NCBI GenBank assembly: GCA_002269645.1
Contig: NIVC01000514.1
Span: 1 to 64,000, forward strand
Direction: 5' to 3'
DNA length: 64,000 bases
From: Macrostomum lignano
Lineage: Eukaryota
This document shows positions 23,193 to 47,900 of the stretch, in pieces (positions within the stretch are counted from its first letter, which is position 1; each line of letters starts with the position of its first letter). The translations under genes and the position numbers were made by a program. The notes under the pieces were generated by a model. That model did no database searches, had not been told where the DNA came from, and saw only the letters and a list, made by a program, of their open reading frames with translations.

Positions 23193-26100
23193 AGTGTGTA
23201 CAATCTACAGTATCGAAACTAGAAGCACCCGAGAGTGTCACCACACCTCGAGCCGCAGCGTGAACTCTGAGTGTCACAAACACCAGAGGGATCGAACTAT
23301 TATCGCAGAGCGTCGTCACGCCTGCTCGTATCCATAAAAGTACCGACAGAGCGTCACTACGCCTGTTATATTACGTGTAAAATAATTGTACTCGGGACTG
23401 GGCACCCAAACCGACCCGGGTTACGACAACAATTTGAGCACGAGCTGCTGCCTGAACTGCTGGACTAAGTACCAGCCGAGCAGTCCTGACAGCTTGAAGA
23501 CCCAGCACCGCTCCGCATGCCAGCGGTACAGTTTGATCACGAGCCGGCGCTGATGAACTGTCAGAGTAATTTCAAGCTGCACAATGACTAAAACTTGAAG
23601 ACCTGGTGATACTCCACGAGCCGGCTAAGCAACTACTCAAGCCGTTCTGACTGGAAAAGCTGCCGACAGGGCACGGAATGAAGCCATCTGCTCCTGCAGT
23701 GACTGAGATCGTCCCAACGATGCAACGTTCGCACACAGCAGCTCCCGGTCCGCTCCAGCGAGCGGCAGAACACACGAGCTCGAGCCAATCTTACTGGCAT
23801 CGTACGGACAGAGTGCGGTAGCAACGGAAAAGGTAGCCAGTGAACAGGTCTTCTGTCCCGACTGAGCTTCAGAGTCCTCAAATTTGCAGGGATCGGCGCT
23901 TCCGTCTGACCTGCATTGGGCTGGTGCGAGCGAAGTTCTCCTGGGGCACCGAGTACACACTGAGGTCCGAGAAGCTCCCGCAGCGCACGGCACGCAGTCA
24001 CACGGGCCAGTTTTGCCTCTGAATTCTACCTAATTATGGCCGGACTGAACTCGACCTTCTTGCAGTTTTTTCACAGCTCACTGATCCCTCATCACTCAAG
24101 GAGGGATTGGGGACACGCATTGCAAAGGCTGCTTCCCGAATTTTTCGAGTAAAAACCCACTGAGCACGGTTGGCATTGAGACCGGCCAGTGTTTGTTACT
24201 GAACTGGCCTATGGTACAATGCGTCCGACCAAGGAGGGAAAACGAGCCGGGACTGCATGCTGAACACACACGTTCAAGCTGGTTGCAGTGCCTTCAACGC
24301 ACTTTCACTCGTACTTACGGAGCTGAGTCGGCAGTAAAACACTATGTGCACTCAAATGCCGTCGATGTGCTAAAAGTACAAGGGGAACACAGCTTGCAGT
24401 TTTGGTTTCCTGTTGAGTTCTTGAAGGTGCCAGCTTGACTGGGAAGGGACAGAAACTCTGAATTTTTGCTCATCTTGTAGCCTCTCGGACATTGAGGCAA
24501 AAATCTCACTATTTGCCGCATGCAGAGTTTCTCTGCTTGATCCGCACATTGCGACAATCAAAGCTTTTGGTATCGTCGTGAGCCAGTCGATGCATTCCTT
24601 GTGACAGTCCAGGATGCAGTGCCCATCCAGCAATTACATGTAGTTTGTGCTCAGGCATCCACCCTGGTCAGTCTTATGTCCATCAGAGACTCGGACCTGG
24701 AGCTCACTCCGAATGTGTAGAAAGGCAAGCGGCTGTGCTGGCTGTCCTGTGGGAACTTTTAGTTTGAGTAGACTGTGCCGATGTCGCTGATGGAGCCGGC
24801 CGCCTTCCGAAACTGCATCAGCATCAAGCCTTTGGTCCACGCGTACGCTTCATTGCCTTGTAGTAAACGACGCGCTGCATTTTGAACTGCATAGATACAT
24901 GTAGTACCACGTCATGCGGTCTCTGGCAGCCGTAAATTGAAGGCAATTCTTCTCCTTGCCGGGATCGAGTTAGGCCACTTTAAATTACCTCCAGTGAAAG
25001 GGCGGAACCGGCCGAAACGTCCAGCCTTGGAGCTCTGGCCACGGTGGAGCCAGACAGCCAGACTGGGATTATCGCGGGTTGTGCCACTGAGACGCCAAAT
25101 TCGCACCCATCGATATGCGGAAGAAACCGCTCCTCTCATCGCAGGTGAGGATCGTGATGTTCCAGATGCAGATCTTGGTCTCGACTGGCTTGTAGCTTTC
25201 CAGCTGGCATCCATTGGACAGGCGAGCGCGATGGTGTCCTGGCTCCGTAGAGAACCAAATGACATCGTGTATACTTGACCTGAATCTTCAACAAGTTCGG
25301 AACTGAACTCGATTATATTGTAAGTAAATAAAAGGCGGTCTTTGAGCTCCACAAAACTAAGAGGCCGAGTCCCGTTGCTGAAGATGTTGATCTGAACCAA
25401 AGTAGATCGCTCACAGCCAGACTGACCAGCTTTCAACTTGTGGACTGAGACGGTTTGCTGGGGTGGCCATGCAGCTGCTTGCAACTGCAGTATTTTGCCA
25501 GCGAGATAAGGGCGATCGAGTAGGAATGTATATAGAATGAGCGTGAGTTCCTAATCACTATTGTAGGTAGGCGAAAATGAAGGCAGTCGAGCCGAGCTCA
25601 AAGCTGCTCAACAGATCTCAATGCCAAGTTGGTCTCTGTGAGCCGTCAGCCGTGTCGCAGAGCGCAGAATTTTCCTGCTGTTGGGGCTGCTGCATTTATC
25701 AGGAATTACAAGCGGAAATTTCCGCATTCCCAGCTGCTTGAAAAGTTTTCAAGACTTTTCATACACTGCTTGAACAGCTAATTAGTTGGTCTCGTTTTAA
25801 ATGCCGACTTAATTATTTAGAATTTTTAAAACAAAAGTTTTTTAGCCAGAGAACAATCGCTGCGTTGCCAATGTATATGATATCCAGACTATAAATTATA
25901 TTTGAGAGCCTTCATGCTGCTGCGAGCTACAACAGATGAGCTGACTTCCTCAACATCTAGCCTGCAATCTTCCACACGTTTAACCAACGATATACAATTC
26001 GTTGATCAAGCAACCATTCGTTGATCCAATTAGGCTGCTACAGCAACAGGCAACGCTGTCGCAGCTTCAGTATGCAAATTTCAACTTCACAAGACCGCTG

Positions 26101-26747
26101 CATCGGTATCACAAAGGTACAGTGGCGCACAGTATACAGAGGGGGCGCACAAATAATCTCTCCCACAAAAATTGCCCCACCATGAAAAGTGCATGCTCAT
26201 CAAAGACGGACAGGAACTTAACTTTTGCCACCCATTAAACGGGGCGCACACCTACACGTGGGATGTTGGGGCGCCAGCCACGACAGCAAATAGCTACATG
26301 TACGAGTGTTGCAGCTGCTCTAATACGAGTACATGTTAAATTCCTGCGTATGCCACTGCTAGGATACATGTGGGGGTCGAAGCTAACGCGTACAAATGTA
26401 GAAGCAGCCCATGTATGCTCGTACATGTACATGTATAAGCAGAGCTCCAGCTTGACCCTGATTTCTGTAACTACTGTATCCGAACGCAATTTCACACATT
26501 GTGTTTAGTTGACCCTGCGATGCGGGCTGGCTTGTGCCAAAGCAAATCAATCGCCTTTGAAGTGAAAAGCAAGAAACTCAAAAGCTCTGACTGAAATTCG
26601 CCGATGAAAGTCACGAAACGGCTTGTCACCGCTTTACTGTATTGCATGCAGCTCGGATCGAGAGGTCCAACAAGTTAACAAGACAGAAATTCTCTGTGAC
26701 AAAATGCGCATGGAAACCCAGGATAGTAAATATTTGGCATTTATTTA

Positions 26748-28466
26748 GCTCAGGCTTGGCGAACCTGGCCTGCACCCACACTCTGAGCATCCCCAGGCCA
26801 CTCTAATCCTCAGGCTTGGCGTACTTGGCCTGCACCCACACTCTGAGCATCCCCAGGCCAATCTAATCCTCAGGCTTACCGCACCTGGCCTGCACCCACA
26901 CTCTGAGCATCCCCAGGCCACTCTAATCCTCAGGCTTGGCGTACTTGGCCTGCACCCACACTCTGAGCATCCCCAGGCCAATCTAATCCTCAGGCTTGGC
27001 GTACTTGGCCTGCATCCACACTCTGAGCATCCCCAGGCCACTCTAATCCTCAGGCTTGGCGTACTTGGCCTGCACCCACACTCTGAGCATCCCCAGGCTA
27101 CTCTAATCCTCAGGCTTGGCGTACTTGGCCTGCACCCACACTCTGAGCATCCCCAGGCCACTCTAATCCTCAGGCTTGGCGTACTTGGCCTGCACCCACA
27201 CTCTGAGCATCCCCAGGCCACTCTAATCCTCAGGCTTGGCGTACTTGGCCTGCACCCACACTCTGAGCATCCCCAGGCCACTCTAATCCTCGGGCTTGGC
27301 GTACTTGGCCTGCACCCACACTCTGAGCATCCCCAGGCCAATCTAATCCTTAGGCTTGGCGTACTTGGCCTGCACCCACACTCTGAGCATCCCCAGGCTA
27401 CTCTAATCCTCAGGCTTGGCGTTCTTGACCTGCACCCACACTCTGAGCATCCCCAGGCCACTCTAATCCTCAGGCTTGGCGTACTTGGCCTGCACCCACA
27501 CTCTGAGCATCCCCAGGCCACTCTAATCCTCAGGCTTGGCGTTCTTGACCTGCACCCACACTCTGAGCATCCCCAGGCCAATCTAATCCTCAGGCTTGGC
27601 GTTCTTGACCTGCACCCACACTCTGAGCATCCCCAGGCCAATCTAATCCTCAGGCTTGGCGTTCTTGGCCTGCACCCACACTCTGAGCATCCCCAGGCCA
27701 ATCTAATCCTCAGGCTTACCGCACCTGGCCTGCACCCACACTCTGAGCGTCCCCAGGCCACTCTAATCCTCAGGCTTGGCGTACTTGGCCTGCACCCACA
27801 CTCTGAGCATCCCCAGGCCAATCTAATCCTCAGGCTTACCGCACCAGGCCTGCACCCACACTCTGAGCATCCCCAGGCCACTCTAATCCTCAGGCTTGGC
27901 GTTCTTGACCTGCACCCACACTCTGAGCATCCCCAGGCCAATCTAATCCTCAGGCTTGGCGTTCTTGACCTGCACCCACACTCTGAGCATCCCCAGGCCA
28001 ATCTAATCCTCAGGCTTACCGCACCTGGCCTGCACCCACACTCTGAGCATCCCCAGGCCACTCTAATCCTCAGGCTTGGCGTACTTGGCCTGCACCCACA
28101 CTCTGAGCATCCCCAGGCCAATCTACTCCTCAGGCTTACCGCACCTGGCCTGCACTCACACTCTGAGCATCCCCAGGCTACTCTAATCCTCAGGCTTGGC
28201 GTACTTGGCCTGCACCCACACTCTGAGCATCCCCAGGCCACTCTAATCCTCAGGCTTGGCGTACTTGGCCTGCACCCACACTCTGAGCATCCCCAGGCCA
28301 ATCTAATCCTCAGGCTTGGCGTACTTGGCCTGCACCCACACTCTGAGCATCCCCAGGCCACTCTAATCCTCAGGCTTGGCGTACTTGGCCTGCACCCACA
28401 CTCTGAGCATCCCCAGGCCAATCTAATCCTCAGGCTTGGCGTACTTGGCCTGCACCCACACTCTGA
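26748..28466 (-). repeat. 60-bp tandem array (about 28.6 units) made of the METTL2 C-terminal codons plus stop
   Basis: The unit translates to MLRVWVQAKYAKPED*SGLG; the first unit is the true gene end. Confidence 0.95.
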
Positions 28467-28900
28467 ACATCTTCAGCTGCCTGGCCCGGTTCACAATCAG
28501 CCGCCTGTCTGTCAGCAGCTGCCGCCGGACAAGGCCGGCCTCCTCCCCGAACAGGCGGTGGCAGTCGGGCTCGCTGAAGAAGTACACCCGGGTGCCGTCG
28601 CCCCTGGCGTACAGGTGGTCGGCGATGCACCGCCCCGCCGGCAGCCGGGTCTGCGCGAGGTCCAGCCGGCCGTAGTCGCGGAACAGCAGAGAGCCGCCTG
28701 GCCGCAGGAGAGGCGTCAGGCGGCTGACTGCGGCGGACATTTGATCTGGCGGCATGGCGGATAGCACGAAGACCAGCAGCACCGCGTCCAGCGAGCCCGG
28801 CTGCAGCTGCGGCGTCACTGAGGCCGGTAGCTCCTCGTTGGCGACGTCCCAGACGAAGGGAACGCATCTAGGTGGGCAGAGACGAGAGGGGATCTGCACT

Positions 28901-28986
<86 letters not shown>

Positions 28987-30890
28987 GTCAGTCAGAGGCA
29001 GGCAGGCAGGCAGGCAGGCAGACAGACAGACAGACAGACAGGTTCCATGAAAGATCTGGGATCTGGGTGACGGGAGGCCAAATGAGCAAGGTTCGGCCTG
29101 CTGGAACGCGCCCGTTTCCTTGCAGAAGTTAGCAGACATCCGGTATTCCGGTGACTGCCCAGCCAGAAAGCAACTGCGCAAAGCGAATCAGAGAAGCCGA
29201 GTTTTTAATGGGCTAAAATAAATTTCTAAACGAAGACCAGCAGGCAGCAGCCTGAACTCGCCTGTCGTCCCGCTGGCACTCTGGCGACTCGGCCAGCAGC
29301 TGGACCGCCCGCGGCGAAAAGTCGCAGGCAAAGAGGCGCTGCAAGCCGCGGCCACCGCTGGCGCCTGCTGCATCCTCGGCAGAGGCGGCCGCGGCCTGCA
29401 GCAGCGGTAGCGCGGAGTTGCCGGCACCGCAGCCGACTTCCAGGACGCGGCCAGCTGTGCGCAACTCGTCGAACTCGGTGAGCAGCCAGTGCCGGTCCTT
29501 GAAGAACCGGTCGCGGTGCAGCGAGTAGAACCTGCGGTGGCGGGTCAGCAGTCATAAAAGCATTGAAAATCGGTAGTCGTGTTGTGGGGCGATTCTCATT
29601 GGGACTGCGGCGATTCTCAATGGGGCTGAGGCGATTCTCATTGGGGCTGAGGCGATTCTCAATGGGGCTGAGGCGATTCTCAATGGGGTGAGGCGATTCT
29701 CATTGGGACTGAGGCGATTCTCATTGGGGCTGAGGCGATTCTCATTGGGACTGCAGCGATTCTCATTGGGGCTGAGGCGATTCTCAATGGGGCTGAGGCG
29801 ATTCTCATAGGGACTGCAGCGATTCTCAATGGGGCTGCAGCGATTCTCATTGGGGCTGAGGCGATTCTCAATGGGGCTGAGGCGATTCTCATAGGGACTG
29901 CAGCGATTCTCAATGGGGCTGCGGCGATTCTCATTGTGGCTGAGGCGATTCTCATAGGGACTGCTGCGATTCTCATTGGGACTGCGACGATTCTCATTGG
30001 GGCTGTGGCGATTCTCAATGGGGCTGAGGCGATTCTCAATGGGGCTGAGGCGATTCTCATTGGGGCTGCGGCGATTCTCATTGGGGCTGAGGCGATTCTC
30101 ATTGGGACTGCGGCGATTCTCATTGGGACTGAGGCGATTCTCATTGGGGCTGAGGCGATTCTCATTGGGGCTGAGGCGATTCTCAATGGGGCTGAGGCGA
30201 TTCTCAATGGGGCTGAGGCGATTCTCAATGGGGCTGTGGCGATTCTCAATGGGGCTGTGGCGATTCTCAATGGGGCTGTGGCGATTCTCATTGGGGCTGA
30301 GGCGATTCTCATTGGGGCTGAGGCGATTCTCAATGGGGCTGAGGCGATTCTCAATGGGGCTGTGGCGATTCTCAATGGGGCTGTGGCGATTCTCATTGGG
30401 GCTGAGGCGATTCTCATTGGGGCTGAGGCGATTCTCATTGGGGCTGAGGCGATTCTCATTGGGGCTGAGGCGATTCTCATTGGGACTGAGGCGATTCTCA
30501 TTGGGGCTGAGGCGATTCTCATTGGGGCTGAGGCGATTCTCATTGGGGCTGAGGCGATTCTCATTGGGGCTGTGGCGATTCTTGAAGTTGGGAGCCTCAA
30601 GACCGATAGCCCAAGAAAGGACGGCAGCTGCCTCACTTGTCCCAGTTGCTAGCCGCTTCTTCGTCCAGCTTCTGCGCCTCATCGGCCGGCATCTTCTGAG
30701 CCGCCTTGGCCTCGACCGAAGCGGCCAGGGCCGCCTCCTCAGCCGGGCTGCAGGCCGCGTTGTCCCAGGCGTTCTGCTCGAACACGCGCGACTCGTCCGT
30801 GAGGAAGCGGCCGCCGAAGCCGCTCGGCCGGCTGCCGCACGCGGCCGCGACCGCCTCTGATTGAGCAGCCGGCGATGGGGTGGTGGGGTT
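28423..30890 (-). CDS. METTL2: tRNA N3-methylcytidine methyltransferase METTL2 homologue
   Basis: Exons 30890-30637 (FGGRFLTDESRVFEQNAWDN), 29531-29262 (FFKDRHWLLTEFDEL..VLEVGCGAGN..FACDFSPRAV) and 28867-28423 (FVLSA..LLFRDYGRLDLAQ..YARGDGTRVYFF..DRRLIVNR..MFRVWVQAKY). No ATG was found for the first exon; intron 2 is GC-AG. Confidence 0.9.
28902..29041. repeat. (GACA)n microsatellite in METTL2 intron 2
   Basis: Direct observation. Confidence 0.95.
29587..30580. repeat. 21-bp minisatellite (GAGGCGATTCTCATTGGGGCT), about 47 units, in METTL2 intron 1
   Basis: Direct observation; it explains the SPNENRL/APMRIAS repeat ORFs. Confidence 0.95.
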
Positions 30891-30939
30891 CTGGAGGGAG
30901 AGGGGAAGGAGGTTGAAAGTGTGCAAGGCTGGCTGCCTA

Positions 30940-31320
30940 GCAACTGAGGATCTGGAAGGCTGGCCCAGCAACTGAGAATCTAAGAGGGTAGCCCAGCAAC
31001 TGGGGATTTGGAAGGCTGGCTCAGCAACTACTGGGAATTTGGAAGGCTGGCTCAGCAACTGGGGATCTGGGAGGCTGGCCCAGCAACTGAGAATCTAAGA
31101 GGGTAGCCCAGCAACTGGGGATTTGGAAGGCTGGCTCAGCAACTACTGGGAATTTGGAAGGCTGGCTCAGCAACTGGGGATCTGGGAGGCTGGCCCAGCA
31201 ACTGAGAATCTAAGAGGGTAGCCCAGCAACTGGGGATTTGGAAGGCTGGCTCAGCAACTACTGGGAATTTGGAAGGCTGGCTCAGCAACTGGGGATTTGG
31301 AAGGCTGGCTCAGCAACTGG
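30940..31320. repeat. Compound repeat (CAGCAACTGGGGATTTGGAAGGCTGGCT-based, higher-order period about 120 bp)
   Basis: Sequence lines 30961/31081/31201 and 31021/31141/31261 repeat. Confidence 0.85.
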
Positions 31321-32031
31321 GGAAATGGGACAGTGGCCCAGAATCTAAGAATCTGGGAGAGCGGTCTGGCAGCTGAGGATCTGGGAGGGCAGCCCAGCAA
31401 CCGAGGATCTGGGAGGGTGGTACGGCAGCTCAGAAACCGTTAGCTTTTAGACTCGGCAACCCAAGAGCTGCTGCAGAGCTCCTTTAACTGGAGTGCTTTA
31501 AACAACTGCAGCAATTTAGAACAACACGCTAGTAAAGAAATAACACAAGTCAGCAAAAAGTATTAGAGCCAACCCAGCAGAGGCAGTTGCAAGGAATCGG
31601 CAGTATTGCATTTTTATTTGATCACGTCATCAGAAGCACAGAAATGAAAATATCCAAAGAACAGCAGGGCTGCATTGTGAACAATTAGGAGGCAACTGCA
31701 CAACTGGCTGCAGAAGTTAGGAAAGTCAAATTCGAGTACACAGTCGACTCGGCAGTGAAATTTTCAATTGGCTACTCGGAGCTCCGGCGAGCCGCATCTA
31801 CTGAGCCGCTTTCACAAGTTTCACAAAAAGACCTGCTGGTCTGTCACATCTCAACCCGTCACACGATTTCCACGATATAAAATTTGAAATATTATTCACG
31901 CTTATAAAAGCGTGAAAGCTGTTGAATTTGCAATGCAATCAAATAACTGTGAGCTGCAATAGTCACAGAGCAGCCATTGGCGGCACTGAGCACTGGGACA
32001 CAAAAGTACAGAGAAGGCCGTCACTCAGCGC

Positions 32032-44955
<12,924 letters not shown>

Positions 44956-47900
44956 CGGCGCGGGTGTGCTCTTAGCCCGGCTATGGGAAGCTTGCTAGCC
45001 GCCTGCAACAGCAGCCAAATGAAGATCACAGGTGATAACTGACGCAAATGCGAAGCCGCTAAACTGCAGATTCCTCAGCCTGAGCCCCGACTTGGCCCAG
45101 AGCCGCCAGTCTAATAGGACGGCCTTATCTGCCAGGGGGTGTGGGCGCGGGGAACGAGCCGCCAATCTCTGCTGAGCGGCCTCCCCCAGAGCCCAGCTTA
45201 TCTGCTTTCTATCCAGCACACAATCAACTCAATACGGTCATTGTCTACTTTATTGTGGCGTGGAGCTGCTATAATTGGCATTGACAGTGTGATTCGTGAG
45301 CACTATTCTCTCGAGTTCTCACGAGCACGAAGCTAATGTGTCAGGAGTGCCTGGTCAGAGGGGACAGAGTAGTAAGCACACAGTTACACACTGATACAGA
45401 AGAAACAACTGGGCAATTTGAATAGCTCAAAGCTCAATTTCTGGCATGTTTTCCTGAGTTGTGAAAACATTTAGGGCCTAATTACAAGCCGTTACAAGTG
45501 AACAGCAGAGATTAGGTATTACAGAGAATTTTGACAGGTAACAGGTGTGTCTATACTCAATAAGTGGAAAGCATGAAACAGCCTACTGACAGTACGCATG
45601 CTTGGATTGCCATGCCATACTCGCAGTTGATTCTATTTAAATAGATTCTAGACTAGGATTTAGAATAATTTTTTAGTATATAGAAAAGTTTTAAAGATTT
45701 TAGATCATGCAGATAGGCAGATATTTTGCTGGAAAGATCAGCTAAAACTTTACAATTCAGAGCTTACTAACATATTGACCAATGAGTCTGCATTATCTTT
45801 AATTTTAGTAGCCTTCTAGATTAAGTCACTTGTGCAAATATTGCAGACCTTTAATATACTAAAGCTAGCTTTAATTATTAGAACTTTATTTTAGAAGACT
45901 AATTAACAAAATAATACTTAATAACTAAGGGAATCAAAGGGCCCCCTAGGCACATTAAAATTAAATTCTTTTATTTAATAAAAGCCTAAATTCTAACTGA
46001 CAGATTGGCTAATATATTTGATCCAATATTCCAATCTTCAATGAAAAAGTAAGCAACTTTTGTTTTAGATTGAACATTGGCTATTGTTACTATAAAATTT
46101 TCTAGCAATCTCTAGTTAGATTTTATGAAATTTTTTTTAGGAAAAGACACTATCAACAATAATTTGATTTATACTTTTTAAGTTTAGAGGGTATATGTAC
46201 TTTGTTGCACTTTAACTGACATTGTCACATAACTAGCAAAAGGCATAATTGGCCATATTTTATATCTTTATATAAGTATCCCTAATAAGAGAACTAGTAG
46301 GAATTGTGTCTAACACGCATTCTACCATGCAGTGGCTGGCCAAGTACCATCTGATACATAATTTGTTTAACTACGATGCTTGTGCAACTCCAATGAGCTT
46401 GCAGCACTGCGCTCATTGAAACTATATCAATGGATTTTGTTATTATCAATTATTATCATTATTATCAATGTTAAAGTGAACTTTTAACTTCTTTTTAGCT
46501 TTGTGACATTTAACAATCTATAATAATTCCCTTTAATACATTAATATTGTGTAACTTTACAAAAAATAATTTAACGTGGAAAACTATACATATGCCAATA
46601 AGTCTATATTAGAAAACACTTATAGAAGTATACAATGAATGGCCTTAAATTTATTTATTATCAAGAAAAGATAAAACAAGATAAGATAGGCCCTAACTAA
46701 GATCTATTATGCCTTTGGCTTTGGGGATAGTACTAAACTATAAAGGGTATTTATAAATTTAACAAATAGATAAAAACTCACAATTCAAATTTATTGATTG
46801 CTCCACATTAATATGCCACACTAGACATATAGGCTATGGCTACGGGTCACAAAATCCCAGATTCTGTCAATCTTGGAATTAATATTTTTCTAGTACCATC
46901 CTTGTCGTAACATTGTTATAATGTTATAACAACGCTGCAAATTACTTTTTTATTGCGTGACTAACATGAGAACATCTGCAAGTTGCAAGTAAAAATAAGC
47001 AAACACTATGCAAAGCAAAATAAATGTATATACATGTATTACATACTATGTAGTAGCACTAGCAGTATGCACATTGCAAAACAAATGCACATGACTCATG
47101 GACATGGTTGTGGAGTTGTTAGCCCATGGTATGAGACACACTCACAAAATCACAAGGACTCACAAGGACTCACAGTCACAACACAAGTCACAACCTACTA
47201 CTGCCTAGGCATTCATGTTGTCACTTGTCAGCCTGGAGTCTGGACTGGACTCACATGTCCTATGAGTTCAAACTTTAAAATCGAATCTCAATGTTAAATG
47301 ATTTAAATAAGACTCGACTCAAACAACATTAAAGACCTTACAAAGTGGGCAACAGAGAATGGACATGTATGCATATAAATATATTCCATATTTGAACTAA
47401 CTGCTATTTTATGATAAAATACTTGCAATTATATCAGACATTATAAAAACATAGCATTGACATTCTGGGATTGAATCCTGACCCTGTGAATCCTGGAATC
47501 CTGGAGAAAGCGCTAAATTATGACCCCTAGTTATGGTCCCTTTAGATTTCTATATTAAAAAAATATTCATGTAATGTATCTCTTTATCTATTTTAAAAGG
47601 AAACATATTTTGTACTTATTTCTCACTGTATTATTTGTATTTCATATTTGTATTCTGTTTCTGCATTTACTGTACTTTTTAGTGTATGTACTCGTATTTA
47701 TATAATTTTGCATAATTGTTTTATAATGTAGTTTGTTTTATTGCTCAATGTAACTAATATATAATAAATATTGCTTGTAAGAGTTTGCCGCGCTCTGATT
47801 TGGCATTTTCAGACTGATCGACTGATCATGATAATTCAAGTGATAGTCCTCGGCATTCATTTCGTTACATTCATTATAAGCCTGGCTTATATCTTACATT

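Larger units (their letters stand above)
20269..23428 (+). mobile_element. Solo LTR, family A, copy 2 (about 950 bp without the nested insert)
   Basis: TGTGGT...ACGACA, TSD ACAC/ACAA (1 mismatch; removal restores host codons aat tgt cct gca). TATATA at 20566, AATAAA at 20768. Confidence 0.85.
20100..24850 (-). pseudogene. Decayed Cys-rich repeat gene (ephrin-receptor-like/GCC2-GCC3-type repeats) interrupted by LTRs
   Basis: Fragments AGTFKNSTGNQNCKLCSPCTFS, CERCIVGTISVTAG..PCPVGSFSSQNG and SSSCSNC|PADQWNRTGSSSCYKCSPGTFSSSAGS. The frame continues across the removed LTR; many stops and frameshifts. Confidence 0.6.

Noticed and set aside
20078-23425. Element bounded by CGTAACC...GGTTACG inverted ends
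   Set aside because: No TSD, and 20100-20268 is host pseudogene sequence. The boundaries 20269-23428 give a TSD and restore the host reading frame.
26745-28421. 558-aa Cys-rich ORF and other long repeat ORFs (29552-30943, 37472-38816, 39368-41112, 53540-54346)
   Set aside because: They are stop-free frames of tandem arrays lying in introns or UTRs, with no independent coding evidence.
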